Origin: the human T2T-CHM13v2.0 reference genome, Homo sapiens | DNA length: 64,000 bases | Assembly (NCBI RefSeq): GCF_009914755.1 | Contig: NC_060933.1 | Strand: one strand, 5' to 3' | Part shown: one piece after another, positions 11,887-25,747 of the stretch | Position numbering within the stretch: the first letter of the stretch is position 1 | Layout of the letters: each line of letters opens with the position of its first letter | Made by a program: the position numbers and the translations under genes | The notes under the pieces: generated by a model | What the model was told of the DNA's origin: nothing | Seen by the model: only the letters and a program-made list of their open reading frames with translations | Databases searched by the model: none

Positions 11887-13640
11887 GTCCTGGGAATTGC
11901 TGATTGGATTGCACATCTGCTTACATTTTCTAGAACAGCTAGTGGTCAGGTAACTACCAAATTAATTTCCAGTACATTGCTGTGAGAAGGTAAAACACAG
12001 CAAAGTTCATATTCTGTCCAGGACTGCGATTCTTGGAGTAAGTGTTTGTTTGCTCTTTATGTTCCAAACACTGGAGGTCATTCGCGACAGGAGTAGCTAG
12101 GTTTCTGTCCACAGCTGTTCCAAGGAATTGTCTAAAACTCTGACAGGAAATGCTAAGTTCTTAGAAAACATTTAATCCTCAGTAGATTCTGTGTAAATAT
12201 CATAGAAACTTGGAAGAAAGTGTGTATTGTTAGAAAAACAATCTCTTACAAAGATACATGGGAAACTCCTTTAATAAAACAGATGCCATGCTCTTTTCAC
12301 TAATTTTATTTTTAGTTGTATCTACAAAGAAGAATGAAAAATAAAGGTCTTAAAGTGGCTGGCCATGTGTTTCAACTCTGATTGTCCTGCTAGTCCTGCT
12401 AATTTAATTCCACGAGCAGACCTCTAATTGAGGGCTTCTTCTCTGCCTAAATTGGTGCAGAACAGAGAGCTGCAAGAGCATCTGCAGTACTTGGTTGCCC
12501 GTGGCATTAATTTCTCTTAGTATTTGGTGGTAGTTTAGATATAGCAGCTTGTGGGGGCTGTGTATTACATGGTTACAAACTCATCTGCTCTTTCTTTAAA
12601 TACCATACCCACCCCAGGTCACCAAAAGATCTTTAACAGGAGTTTACTTCCCACCTGAGCAGATCGTGGATGTAGTCAATTCAATTTGGCATTCAGGAAT
12701 TTAAAATACCAGATTTACTGGCTTTCAAATATGTTCCTTTTTTCAGGCAGATGTAGCTTTTCAGTTTCCTTCTGGTGTACAATAGCTACTCATTAAATAT
12801 AAAACTTGAAGTTTTTAAGTAATTTTGTTTTTGCCATTTCTTTTGGAACATGGCACCATCCACATGTTTATTAAGAAAGTTTATTGCCATTGGTCCAAAA
12901 ACAAGTTCTTCAATTATAGTTGGAATCTAAGTTGTAACTGGCTCCCTCTAGCTCAGTGACAATTCATCCTTCTGTCCATAATCACTGATAAAGTCGTCAT
13001 GTTTCTGAGAAGACTAGGAAAATAACAATTCAGAGCCTAAGTTCAGCTGTTCATAACCATAATGAAGAGGAACTGGAAGCTGAGAATTAAAAAGAGAAGA
13101 AAGGAAAGGAAGCTACTTAGCAATCAGAAGAAACACAGTGTTTATGAGATCATTAGAAACCCATTTGAAGTGCTTTTTCCTAACTAGCTTTAGCAAAAAG
13201 GAAGTTGTCAACTTAAGTCAATGAATACAACCCTATATCCACATGACTGTGAAGCAATTAATGCACCTTAATACCATAATGAAATGGTTAGAAATTATGA
13301 AAAAGCCTCTTCCAAATTTGGGGCTGTTTTTCCATGTGGGGGCTTTGATGTCTGTGCTGTCAGACAAAGCTGGCTCTTATGTCAACAGAAAGATGATGTG
13401 CTTGGCAACAGATCCACAGGCATAATGCAAATATACCTGCCCTCCTTCTCAATGACCTCTGAAATAACTACTGTATTTGGCTGAAAAAATAGGAAATTAG
13501 AATATTTTCTTATTTAGCTTCGGTAGAGCCTTGGCTATAGCAATCTCTGAAGCACCATGAAAAATGTATGGTACTTCCCATTGTGTTTTTAGACATGCAA
13601 CACATAAATACAGAGATAGCAATGAAAAAGGTCTCCATGC

Positions 13641-13811
13641 TGATGTGGCTTAATTCAGGCTATTTTCCTCTCACTGTTAGCTTGCTATACCTGATTTGAG
13701 GGTACAGTATTAACATACTATCATCCTGAGGTGGTTTAATTCAGGCTTATTTTCCTTCTCCATCCCAGCTTTCTATACCTGACATGTGGGTATGGTATTA
13801 ACATATCATCC
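13641..13811 (+). repeat. Diverged ~86-bp tandem duplication
   Basis: tgatgtggcttaattcaggctattttcc...ctatacctga...gtattaacata recurs at 13727. Confidence 0.9.
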
Positions 13812-14266
13812 ACATAATGAGGGCTTGCCTGGACAGAATAAGAACCTTAAAGGTAGATCCCCCGTGTGCTTTTCAGACCTTGGACTTTTGCATACCAGCC
13901 TAGAGAATAGAATTAGATTCTATTCAGTATTTACATTAGTCATTTTCTCCTCCTGGAATTCATTTCAAAACAATCGCTTCTTCAGGTTTTCCTTCTATCC
14001 TGCTGTTTTGTTTAGTGTTATTTCACTTCCTCTCCATACTGCAAGCCATAGGTATAAGACAGCCCATCCATCTATTAACAATTAATTATTATCATTATAA
14101 ATGTTATTTCCCTTGGTTTCTTATTCTTTAGTCAGGCTTGAATTTAAGGTGATCAGGGCACAAAGGGAGGCTTAAGCAGGAGCTGCAGACATCTCCACAT
14201 AGCACGGTGGATGAGATTTCCTTACAGGCAAGGAGGCAGGCTTATCCTGGAAGACCGGGAACTCAC

Positions 14267-14311
14267 CTGAACCATCCAGGGGATTATGACCACCGGGTTC
14301 ACTGTGGCAGC
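14267..14311 (-). other. Candidate 45-nt exon
   Basis: Minus strand cttgtcagtcctccag|GCTGCC...GGTTCAG|gtgagt. Confidence 0.35.
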
Positions 14312-14414
14312 CTGGAGGACTGACAAGTTAACCCAACACACTCCGATGGCTTCACAATTGCCCAGAAGTGGAGATTGGGAGATAACAACAGACTTAGCCA
14401 CCCTAACCACTTAC

Positions 14415-14469
14415 TTTATAACTCAGCATATTACAGATGGAGGTATTCTTCCTGACACTCCAGGAGTTC
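14415..14469 (-). other. Candidate 55-nt exon, 103-nt intron to the next candidate
   Basis: Minus strand cttccccagcttattgcag|GAACTCC...TTATAAA|gtaagt. Confidence 0.3.
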
Positions 14470-16608
14470 CTGCAATAAGCTGGGGAAGCTGTGTAAGCAA
14501 CTGCAGTATCCCAGAACTGTCCCAGAGAGGCCTCCACAGTTGGCCCTTCGCAGACTTTGGAGAGCTGTATCTGTACACTCCACTGCCTGCAGCCAGGTTT
14601 ACTCAGTAGAAGCCCCACTATCCAAACAGAGTGGGTTTCTAGTCAGAAATGAGCATCATCACAAGCTGGTAAACACAAACAAAGCCCCCCACATGGCCCC
14701 TTTCTTTGAAGGGTAGTACAAATCCAAGGGTCAGCGAGCAGGAGAATATCACCAAACAAAAGGAAGCTGTGTTTGCTCACCATGAAACACGAGCAGCGCA
14801 TGTCTTGGGGAGGATTTACTGTAGCATGTCCAAAATAAACGGACATGGGTGAGTGGGTGAGGGTGGGGTGGTATTCCTGCTTCAAAGTCTCCTCCACGCT
14901 GCTCCTGGAGCAAGAGACCCCTTCAGGATTTCTCCCCACAGGAAAGCACTTATGAGCTTGCCATTTGTAGATTCACTGTTTTTATCTGTTTCAAACTGGA
15001 AGAGATGACAGCCCTTCTGTTTGCTTTCTGTTGATGTTAAACAGATGCACCGGTCTATTACAGCCACATGGGCCTAGTTCAAGATGAGGCAGCAATAGGA
15101 ATGTAGTTGCTCCTGGGCCAATGTGGAGAGAATGAATTTGCCTATTATTTTGTATATACATTCAATATTTTTATTTTAAGGTTCCAGTATTCCCAGTGGG
15201 TCAAACTATACCTACTCTTAGCTCTTTTCAGAAGCCAAGAGTTCTCCTCAACAGACCATGAGATAGACTCCAGGAATTCTCTATGACTTCAAAATCAGCT
15301 ATTATTACTTCAGGAGATAAGATCGAGTCTGCAAGTATTTATTTTCTCAAACCATGATTTGGCTGTGAAAGGCAATGAAACAGGAGAAGAAAGAGTTGGG
15401 GGAAGTAAGAATGGAAAAAAGCAGATGTTGGGTTGGTCTTTAATTATTTATATATTTTTAAAGTTTGAACTTCATTTGAACCAGTTTGAATTCTTTGGGC
15501 TTTCTGATGGCTGGACATCATAGTGAACGAAGCTGCCACCCACACTGGAAAATCCTCACGTTTTCTAAAAAGGATTTAAATTTAGATATTTTACAGCTCT
15601 GCTTCTGGAGTAAGATGCAATAAAAACTGAATTGAAGATATTTTAGGTTGCAGAATTTTTACACTTTTTTCCTGTGTAAAATAAGATTTTTGTAGGCATT
15701 AGAAGTCTCAGATCATTTTTGGAAGTGGGTAGGGGTTTAAAATATAAACAGATTAAATTAGTAATATGATGACAACCTGGATTCAAAAGTGTCTATGAAG
15801 TTTGAATTATAGATAACATTACCTCAGAATTTTTCCCTTAGAGGAAAACAGTTCTGAGATGGAAATGAAACTGTGGCAGACATATTCCATCAGGTGAAGG
15901 ACAACTGGCTCCTGGCTTATAAATACCCAGGTGGAAAGTCATTTGGAGAAACCCAACTCTAGAGACTTGAATATGCCTGAAGTTTCCAGGAATAGATGTC
16001 AAAATAGGACAAGCTTCCGGAGACAAGGAAACTCAGACTGGCCCTTTATGCCACTGCCCTCCCACTGCACTGAGTAGGATAGTCCATCTTAAAGAGCATC
16101 GAGAGTTACAATATTCTGCAAGTTATTTCTTTGAACTCCCCCGCTTGCCAGATGGTATTTTCTTCCCCATGGTGATTCAACTATATGATGACCAGGTACC
16201 CAGAGTTTACTATGGAGGTCTGTACACAATTGAGAACAACCTTATGTAGAAGCAATATGTGTCCCAAAAGATAATGTCAGCTTCTTATGACAAAGAAAGC
16301 TTTTGTTCTGAAAATTTTCACTTAACACCATGCATTAATGTTCATTTGCTTGTTTGTTTGCTTTGCGCATTTTTGAAGACTTGGGATTATAATCGCCCGT
16401 TTTCCACCAATAAATACTATAGCGATGGATACACAATGAAAACCAATCATTCTACAAAATTAAGTGTGTTAAATTGAACATCTACAGACAATTGTTGTTT
16501 TCTATTTGACAGATCCTATAATGAAATGGCTAAACTTTAAAAATCTTTTCTTTCTGTAATTAGATATGTGTCCAAAAGGAAAAATATACATGTATTAGAT
16601 TCGGAGCC

Positions 16609-16836
16609 TGTTTAGCCCATTTTCACACTACTGATAAAGACATACCCGAGACTGGGTAATTTATAAAGAAAATGAGGTTTAATGGAGTCACAGTTCCACG
16701 TCGCTGGGAAGGCCTCCCAATCATGGTGGAAGGTGAAAGGTATGTCTTACATGGCAGCAGGCAAGACAGAATGAGAACCAAATGCGAGGGGCTTCCCAAG
16801 ATGAGATTCGGGTGGGGACACAGCCAAACCATATCA
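16609..16836 (-). mobile_element. THE1 (MaLR) solo LTR with internal deletion
   Basis: ctgataaagacatacccgagactggg...gggtggggacacagccaaaccatatca; 5-bp TSD GAGCC (16604-16608 and 16837-16841); 228 bp against ~360 bp consensus. Confidence 0.92.
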
Positions 16837-17129
16837 GAGCCTATATGTATATTTATATACAGATTCCAAATCTAATTTTGAAATAAAGATATAAACAATT
16901 GTTAGCTTTTTAAAAAATGAAGCTAAAATATGATTTTTATGAACAAATTATCTTTGGATTATCAAATAAAATGTTGCATGTCTTTAATGAGAGCAGTGAA
17001 CTAATATATGAGTAAAACTACACATTTTAAAGCTGTGATCATCTAAGGCTTTGCTAAGGGAATTCCAGTTGATAACATGATTCCTCCTCTTAATTAATAG
17101 CCACTTGGGATGTACTAATGAAAGACTAA

Positions 17130-17350
17130 CATGTATTAATTCATTCAATACACATGAGAGTCCAGTTATACATCAGGTGCTGTAAAGGAGCTTGTAAAGG
17201 AGTTTAGTGGAGAAAGTGGGCATGTAAACAATAATTATATGTAGGGTGAACAGTTCAATAGAAGAGGCCTGTATGAGGTATTATAAGCAGGAAGAGATAA
17301 TCAGGGACTGCCTCACAGAGGAGGTGTTCTCTGAGCTCAAGTTTAAGGTC
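17130..17350 (-). mobile_element. L2 LINE fragment
   Basis: attcattcaa...; cagggactgcctcacagaggaggtg...tgagct. Confidence 0.65.
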
Positions 17351-17719
17351 CAAGTAAATCTTAACCCCTACCCCAAAAATGTAGAAAATGCCAACCCCAT
17401 TAGCAGGTGCACTGTAGGGGCTCCATGATCGTAAGTTCTCTTATTCCCTCTCCTGATATTCTTTTAAGCTATGGGTTGTTATTTTTAAAACGTCTCTAGA
17501 TTTCCCAAACTTCAACCTTGGCAGTCACATTCAATAATTAAAATTTTCCCATAACTGACACAAAGACACAATTATATTAAACATTAAATATTAACTTGGT
17601 TGCCTTCAAAAAACTATACAGTCTACAAAGATGATCCTAACCTCTCCATTGTATACTTTATATATACTTCATGTACAGTATTCTATTCTGGTTATCAGAT
17701 TATCATGGAGACATGAGTA

Positions 17720-18105
17720 AACATAAGTCTGTACAGGGGTTAATGACAAGACAATGAAGGAATTTCAAGCTTTGCAAATAGAGTCAGTTGAAAGAACTAT
17801 GTATGTTTAGCCTAAATAAAAAGGAAAACATTGCTTTTTATAATTTAAAATCTATCATGTGGTAGACACATTTGACTTATCCTGAATGTCTCCAAGTAAT
17901 ATATTCAAGACTAGGTAATAGAAGTCATAGGGTGATAAAATGTGGCTCAATTTAGGGAAGAACTTTCTAATGCTCAAATACTCCTCATCAAGCTTAGAGC
18001 AAACAATCTGATAGGCCTTACTGAGATATATTCAACATCACCTAATTGGCTGGATGGATGCATAGAAAAGTCCATTGCAGCACTGATATTCTGCGATTCT
18101 ATGAT
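17720..18105 (+). mobile_element. L3/CR1 LINE 3' end
   Basis: cagttgaaagaact...atgtttagcct; ggctcaatttagggaagaactttctaa; CR1 tail attctgcgattctatgat. Confidence 0.75.
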
Positions 18106-18984
18106 ATCTAATAGAAGCTAGATTTGGGGTATTTTTTGTTTTGTTTTTATTTTGTCTAACAAAATAAAATCTATTTTTCAGTCTAACAAATGATTCATGG
18201 AAAATATCAAGTAAGTCATTCTGTGAAATTTTTGCACCTCAAATTGTGTATGTAATATCCCATTATTCATATACATATAGAAACATGTTGGTGACTAATA
18301 TTCACTTCTCAATATTTGTATGATAAATGAAGTCCAAAAATACTCTTGATATTAATTGACAGCCTTTGTAAATACCCCCATCAGTTTGGAATAGAAGCAG
18401 GACCCTTGCAAAGATCAGAAGGCAATGTCCTACAGTGAGAAAATTGATACCATGAAACAGCAATTCTCTTTGAAGCTCAGAGAAGAGGTCCACAGAGGAA
18501 ATTTAAACACACAAAAGCCAAGATTTGCCAACTATGGGGAAAAATGTCAGCATCTGAAACTATTTCAAGCAGCAGTCTAATTTCTAGCAGTGGTAAATTG
18601 TCAAGACTGGACTGAAGAGGACCAGTGAAGTGGTGCTTTCCTCCCCTAAATCTCGTGTCTTAAACAACTCTCATAGCAACTGGTTAGTAGGGTCAGAGGA
18701 CCCAAGAAGCCAAAGGGCATTTGTCTCAGCATCTGTGGAGTTCACAGCACATGTTATCCTTGGACATTACCCAGTGGCCTGGTGTGGACAGAATCCACTG
18801 GGCTTAGTTTCATAGAGATAAGCAAACACTAACAGCAACTGAAAGTAAACTTCAGAAACACATTTTTATAAAGGAGCCTGTGAGTCTGAGATTACACTTA
18901 TAAAATCATCTGTACAAACACTCCTGGGACCACTCCTCCCTCCAGCCAAGTCATATGTATATGTATACACACAAGCCTCTTGAA

Positions 18985-19270
18985 TTTTTATTTACATAAC
19001 ATAAAATTAATCATTTTAAAGCGAACAATTCAGTGGCATTTAATACACACACAATGTTGAACAACCACTGCATTTATTTAGCTACAAAAGAATTTCATCA
19101 CACCAAAAGGAAACCTCATACACGTAAGCATTCACTCCTCTCCCTGCCTTCCCCAACCTGTAACAACCACCAATCTGCTTTCTGTCTGTAGGGATTTTCC
19201 TATTCTTGATATTTTATATAAATGAAATACAATTGGAGAAGTGGTCTTTTTCCACTTAGACAATTTTTTT
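18985..19270 (-). mobile_element. L1MB-type 3' end
   Basis: aacaattcagtggcatttaatac...caaccaccaatctgctttctgtct. Confidence 0.8.
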
Positions 19271-19379
19271 TAAAGATTAAAAAACAGTTTATATATTTTT
19301 TACTATACTTTATTTTGGGGTCCAAATTTCCTTATTTGGGATGTTAAAAACTACACTGTCTGTTTGTACAGCTCTCCAC

Positions 19380-19570
19380 AAAGTACCTTTACTCCCTTCT
19401 TGTACTTTGATCATTACAGCTATTTTACAAAGCAGGCAGGGACAACCTTATTATCACCATTTTACAGGTGAGAATATTGAGGCAAAGTGATGTGCTCCAG
19501 CAGCCCCACAGCAAAGTTACACAATGGTCTCTGGTCCCCTCATTCCACTGTCTTTTCTGCAGCACCACAC
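19380..19570 (-). mobile_element. MIR SINE
   Basis: ttattatcaccattttacaggtgagaatattgaggc. Confidence 0.7.
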
Positions 19571-21709
19571 AGGTTCCTATCTGAGCTCTTACTAATGCAT
19601 CTAGCCAAGCCTTCTCACACTCAGAAGATACACTCAGAAGATATTCTAATATAGCCTAGGTTCTGTATTTTATTTTTAATTTCAAGAGCATATTTTAAAT
19701 GAACAAACTAAATGGAAATAGCTTTTGGATGTATCATTACAATTTGCACTTAATAGAGAGCTGTTTTGACACATAACAGTTACATATGACTGGAAGTAAA
19801 CTGTGCACACAAGACCAAGTGCACACTATTCCAAGTCCAAATCTCCTCTTGGAGTCAGTTGGAAGTCTGCTCAGCTGCCAAGTCTTCAGGTCTTGCGTGG
19901 TGTCTGGAGCTTGGCTTTTCTATCTGTACAGTAAAAAGTTGGACAGAAATGACCCTTAAGGTCTCTTCCAGATCAAGATTTTACAATGTTTAGCTAAGCA
20001 CCAGCTCAAACTCAACACTGAACTCATGTGCTTCATCCACACAAGGTGAATACAACTATTTGAAAGATGAGTCAGTCAAAAGGTTTCTTTCATTATCAAT
20101 GCCAACAGCCATTCCATTTTGCTGAAAATTTTCAGGACATCGTGAATGTTCTTTATGAAACTCACTATCCCATCTAGATTTTATTGACTAAATATTTTGT
20201 ATGTAAATAGACAATGCATAAAAAGGCCCTAGTAATTTGGTGATGGCCACATTCTTGCCTTTCTGGTATTAGGCAACATTTCAGACGAGGAGCTCATTCC
20301 ATGGTAGAGCTGTTCATATTCATCGCTCTTGAATTGTATGCAGTCAAATTAGAAGGACTGCCAAACAGCATTTTTAGCATGTTCATAGACATGTGTTTCC
20401 AACCTGGTGCTTAAGCCCAATCATTAACTTGCCATCAACCAAAAATTAATATCTGAATCTTGTTATGCCCCCTCTATAGATTTTCCTGGGTTAGGTTTTA
20501 TTTTTAGCGGTAGCTTCTGCAATTCACCCAGGATAGGGGAGTAGTCAGATTTAGCAGGGCTAGACTGCCATCTAGAGACCAGAATTTGAGTTCCAACGTC
20601 TTGCTCCTCAGTGAGCTTGCTCTTTAACAAAAGCAGCAAACTGCCAAATGAAGCTTGAGTTTGCTTGGGCAAGGTGGGAGATGCACCCCGAATCTAGAGA
20701 TCATCAAGAGCAAGGAGCTTGTGGTGGCCCAGCTCTGAAAGCCTTCCAGTCACTGAAGGTTAGGTGGGACCTTAATGACAATGAGTAGATAGAACCCTGC
20801 CCCCTGGCTCAGGAGTGAGCTCTTAAACTTTGTCTTATAAGCAGAACCCCATTTGCTGGAAGTGGAAACTGCACTCCATGGCAGTTAGAATTTTTACCCA
20901 GAAAGGAAGGAGTTCTTCTCTAGAGCTGAGAAGGCTAAAAATGTCTTTCATTTTATGTGAGAATCCAGTATCCATATTTCTCATGAAACTCGAATCTGCC
21001 TTTCATTTTTCTGCTTGAGCCTAACTTAAGTTTATATATCCTGGCCACATTTAATACCATCTTCTGCTTTTTGTGACTGCAGTTTAAAAGGACCAGTGGT
21101 CTCTAAGTATTTGAAATTTGGATGGGAAGATACTGTTTCTAGTGTTTCCATTGAAGGTGCATAGTTTGGAAATCCCTCTCCTTGTCTTTTTTCCCAAAAC
21201 TGTCCTTCAGGGCCTCATGCTAAGCCCATCTGTTCCATCAGACAGTCCTTTGATGGATGTGAAAAGGCTGACTGGAGAGGTGCAGAGCTGAGACTGAAGT
21301 GGCTGAGATTTATTAATTCATGTCCATTTGGTAACTGTGTCCATAAGTTCTGCCATGGGAATGGTTTAGAAATCAAAAATAGCAACTATTATTGTTAACC
21401 TCAAAATCGTAGGCCACAAGAGATCCCAATTTGCTGATAATTAAATAGTCGACTCTGTCCAGCAGAATGTCATCCAAGAGTTTTTCAGCTAACGATGAAA
21501 GTAACCAAGAAAAAAAAAAAAAGAGAGAGAGAGAAAACAAAAGGTGGACTATCTTGAAAGACTTTTATAAATAGAGGCTAAAGTGCACCATATGCATCCA
21601 AGATTCCAGTGATATCATATCCAGCTAAATCTCACATCTTGGGAACTTTTAAATCCAAGAATTGCTTTTGACACAGGTATTAAATGATTTTTGGAAAACA
21701 GACAGTTCT

Positions 21710-21920
21710 GTATAGTATGGTAGAAGAAGCTTGAGTTTTAGAATTCAAGCAACTGAGCTTTGGGTATCTGGTCTCTCACTCACAAGAAAGCCTGGGTAAG
21801 CTTCAATTTCCTCATCTATAAAAGTTGGGGAAAATGACATGAAGTCAATGTGAGGATTAAACAGAATAACCTCATTGAAAGTGCCCCACACATAGCTGGT
21901 GCTTAACAAATGCTTACATC
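21710..21920 (+). mobile_element. MIR SINE
   Basis: caatttcctcatctataaaa...tgtgaggattaaa...gtgcttaacaaatg. Confidence 0.75.
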
Positions 21921-22047
21921 ATTTCTTTCCTTTAAGGTCTGGCATCTGCCTTCCTTACCTGAGCAGTGTTCTGCAGCTAGAAACAAGGATGTCAATAATA
22001 TTTGTTCTGATAATTTTGCTTCATCCCTAGAATGCTAAATCTTCTAG

Positions 22048-22203
22048 AGCAATGCTTCTCAAGCTTGAATGTGCATATGGATCACCAGAGGATCTTGTTA
22101 AAATGCAGATCTAGTAGGTCTGAGATGTGTCCTGGAATTCTGCATCTCCAACAAGCTTCCAAAGGATGCTGTTGGTTTGGGAACTACATTTTGACTAGCA
22201 AGG
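22048..22203. mobile_element. MER5A/B hAT-Charlie element
   Basis: caatgcttctcaagctt...cttgttaaaatgcagat...tctgcatctccaacaagct. Confidence 0.75.
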
Positions 22204-22211
22204 CTCTAAAT

Positions 22212-22372
22212 CGGGGGTTGGCAAACTACGACCCGATGGTGAACCTCCTGTGTCTGTAAATAAAGTTTTATTGGAATGCAGCCACACCCGTTCATTTACA
22301 TATTACTTCTAGCTATTTTCCTGCTATAACAGTAGGATTTATGATCTGGTTCCTACCCCTTCTTGACCCCTG
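22212..22372. mobile_element. MER58A-like hAT-Charlie element
   Basis: ggggttggcaaactacg...gtaaataaagttttattggaa...cagccacac...gacccctg. Confidence 0.8.
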
Positions 22373-22489
22373 CTGGAAACCATTCTCTTTTTTGGTCCTG
22401 ATGTGTAAACTAAGTTAATCATCTGCAGGAGCACTTGGAGGGCTGAGAGAGGAAAGAGAGGAGTAGATTAAGAGGGAAGGGTTGCTACC

Positions 22490-22933
22490 TGTATTAGTTT
22501 CCTATTGCTACTGTTCTAAATTGTTACAAACTTAGTGGCTTAAAACAACACATATTTACTACAATATAGCCCTATATATCAAGCCATCAGCAATGCTGCA
22601 TTTCTTCAGGAGGTTCTAGGGGAAAATCCATTTCCTTGCCTTTTCCAACTCCTAGAGGCTGCCCACATTGCTTGGCTCATGGTCTTTTCCTCCATCTTCA
22701 AAGTCAGCATGGTAACATCTCTCTGACTCTTCATCTGTTGTCATATCTCTCTCTGACCACATCTGTGAAAACTACCTTTAAGGGCTCGTGATTAAATTAG
22801 ACCCAGCTAGATAATCCAGGGAAATCTCCTCATCTCAAGATTCTTAGCTTAATCACTTTTTCCATGTAAGATAACATATTCACAGGTGCTGAGGATTAAG
22901 GTGTGGATATCTTTGGGGATTCTGCCTACCACA
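22490..22933 (-). mobile_element. MLT1C/D-type MaLR solo LTR
   Basis: tgtattagtttcctattgct...tctgcctaccaca; 5-bp TSD CTACC on both sides. Confidence 0.9.
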
Positions 22934-25109
22934 CTACCTCAAAGCATATTCTTCAAAACAACAATTTTCCAATCATTTCTCTTTTGTAATATGTTGACAC
23001 AGCAGTCTTGATGATGAAAAGATGTTAGATGAAGTCATATGATGGAAAGACCATGAAACATGTAGAGAAGGTAGTCAAAGGTTGACCTTTCTGTATTTCC
23101 CTGACTAAACAAGGGAAGTATAAGATGTACAAGGATACCTTGTACATCCGTGCAAGTAGACACCGCATAACTCTAGGAATGCCTTGAAGCCGCTCAGGGC
23201 ACAAACTTTAAAACCATAGATGGAAGCTCTGTCCTTTCCATCCCAGCTGCCTGATCCTGGGATCAGAATTTGTCTACCCCTCTAGCTATTGATCATGATT
23301 AAATTGAATTCTTTAGAAATATTCTCATTAGCTCACACTGTATATAAAGTAATTTGCTCACTTTCATCATGCTGCAAAAAAAAAAAAAAAAAAAATCAAC
23401 CTGAAAAAAAAAAGTAGGGAAACATATATTACTAGGCATGGAATGAGACTACTTGAGTAGCAAGAAGCTTAAAAACACTCCAGTCACCCAACCTTGGGCT
23501 GGTACACAGTGTCCTTACCACAATAAGATCAAGCAACCCAGAAACCAAGACTCCAAGAGGGAGAGAAAATGTCTACCTTTGGCCCTGGGGCAAGAAAGCA
23601 GGAATAGGAATAAAGAGAAGAGGAAGGTGCCTTCACAGAAATACTTCTCAGTTGCACCTGTAGCCTCACAAGAAAGGTTTCAAATATGAATCCCTGGCAA
23701 CTGCCTTCTAGGCTGTTAAGTTTAATCCTTCACATTTTGAGTATGTCATGGTACTCCGTAAAAAAAGCTTATTGCATAAGCCGTTGTGACTCTCCTGAGC
23801 TCATTCTCTTCAACAATGGCAGCAATATAGTAACAGATAAGTGACCAAGAAAGTATATGTGACCCAGCCATTGTATAAGATTTCATTTTGCTAAAGGTCA
23901 AGATAAATTATCATGAAATCCTTGGATATACTGTTACATGGTTCCTGGGGACAAAAGGTTTCCTTTCAGAAGAGCTTCTCAGAAGCAAAGTGTGCTGTGT
24001 TTCAATCCTCAGCTAACTTTTAGTTAATGACTCTTGCCTTTTCTCCTACCAGCTCTGCTTATTAAAAGGAGAATGCAATCTGGAGTGTGTGCTGTCAGAA
24101 TGAACAGCAGGGTCAGTCACTAATCCCAAATTGTATGTCCCAGGATGCCTGCTACAGAATAGGGAAATGCTTACATTTGATTAACCTTCCAGGTAGAGAA
24201 ATGGAGGCAGCTAGGGGTCTGCAGCTACATGACATGGTATAATAGTCATTTTAAAATATGGCATTCCTGGGGAGATGCAAGAAAAGTCACAGCATGAGGT
24301 GCTGACTTAGTATAGCGAATGAAGATTGTGTCTACACAATAGTGAGCAAGCCTTTGGGGGAAGAACATCACCAACCTGGGCATTCATTTTCTTCGAAATA
24401 TTTGTAACAATATGATAATCCCTTACATCTATATGGTGCTTTATGGAGAGCATAATGCTTCAAGGGCATCACCCCATTTGATCTTCACCACTGTCTTTTG
24501 TGTCAAAGAGTTAGAATCCAGGAGTGCATTCCCCATTAAAAAAAAAAAAATCATGCTTAACTGTCGATGCACTTTTTTTTTTTCCAAGGCCTTTTCTTTA
24601 ACAATTTCTTTAGGTATAAACAATGAAGAGGGAAGAAACATCATTGGATGGGGAGCGGGGAAGTTGGAGTAGTTCGAGAGTAGACAAAATCATACAAGGT
24701 TTGGAAAGACATCTCCTGAAAACGTTTCTCTCAGGCAGGAATGCTCACGGGTCAAAGAAAGCACAAGGTCACTTTTATTTCTGAGGCACCAGGAACAATA
24801 AGAACAAAAGAGTCTACATGTTGTCTTTCCTAGTAGACAATGAGTTCCAGGTGGGCAAAGGTGCAGTAAAACACCTAGCACTTTTGTAGATACTCAAATA
24901 ATGTTTGCCGACCAAATGGATGAATAGAATTAAAAAAGTAAGAAGATCAAATTATCAAAACACAGTGATGCACTGCCAGGTTTGATCAAATACATGTGAG
25001 AAAACTTGTGAAATACAGATTCACAGTGGCATCTTTTAAAAACAATTGTTCTGATTCTCTAACCTGAGTTGTTATCATTAGTTTGATGCCATAATTTTAC
25101 CACAAACCT

Positions 25110-25217
25110 GCTGTGGATAACTCAAGTAATGCATATTTTAATAATGGTTTACTTCAGCCAGCTGTGGATAACTCAAGTAATGCATATTTTAATAATTGTT
25201 TACTTCAGCCAGCTGTG
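25110..25217 (+). repeat. Recent 51-bp tandem duplication
   Basis: Units 25110-25160 and 25161-25211 differ at one base; a third gctgtg follows. Confidence 0.97.
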
Positions 25218-25295
25218 CCCAGTTTATAGCCTAGAATGTCTTCATTCTGACAAAAATCTGATGACAGAAATAGGAGCTTAAAAGTCTACAGTTTC

Positions 25296-25630
<335 letters not shown>

Positions 25631-25747
25631 TTATTAAGCACATATCCTAATAATTCCTTTTCTACTTTAGAGTCAAAGAGCATCTTGGGTCTTCTTCCAC
25701 CACTGGGCCTATTCCACCAACAAGCCTCTGAATTCTCACTTACTTAC

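Noticed and set aside
23124-23148. Perfect 11-bp hairpin gatgtacaagg-ata-ccttgtacatc
   Set aside because: It is present, but one such hairpin is plausible by chance in 64 kb and there is no consensus to show it is derived
25110-25217. CRISPR-like array or other prokaryotic system
   Set aside because: Head-to-tail duplication with no spacers; primate genomic context with no cas or operon structure anywhere in the window
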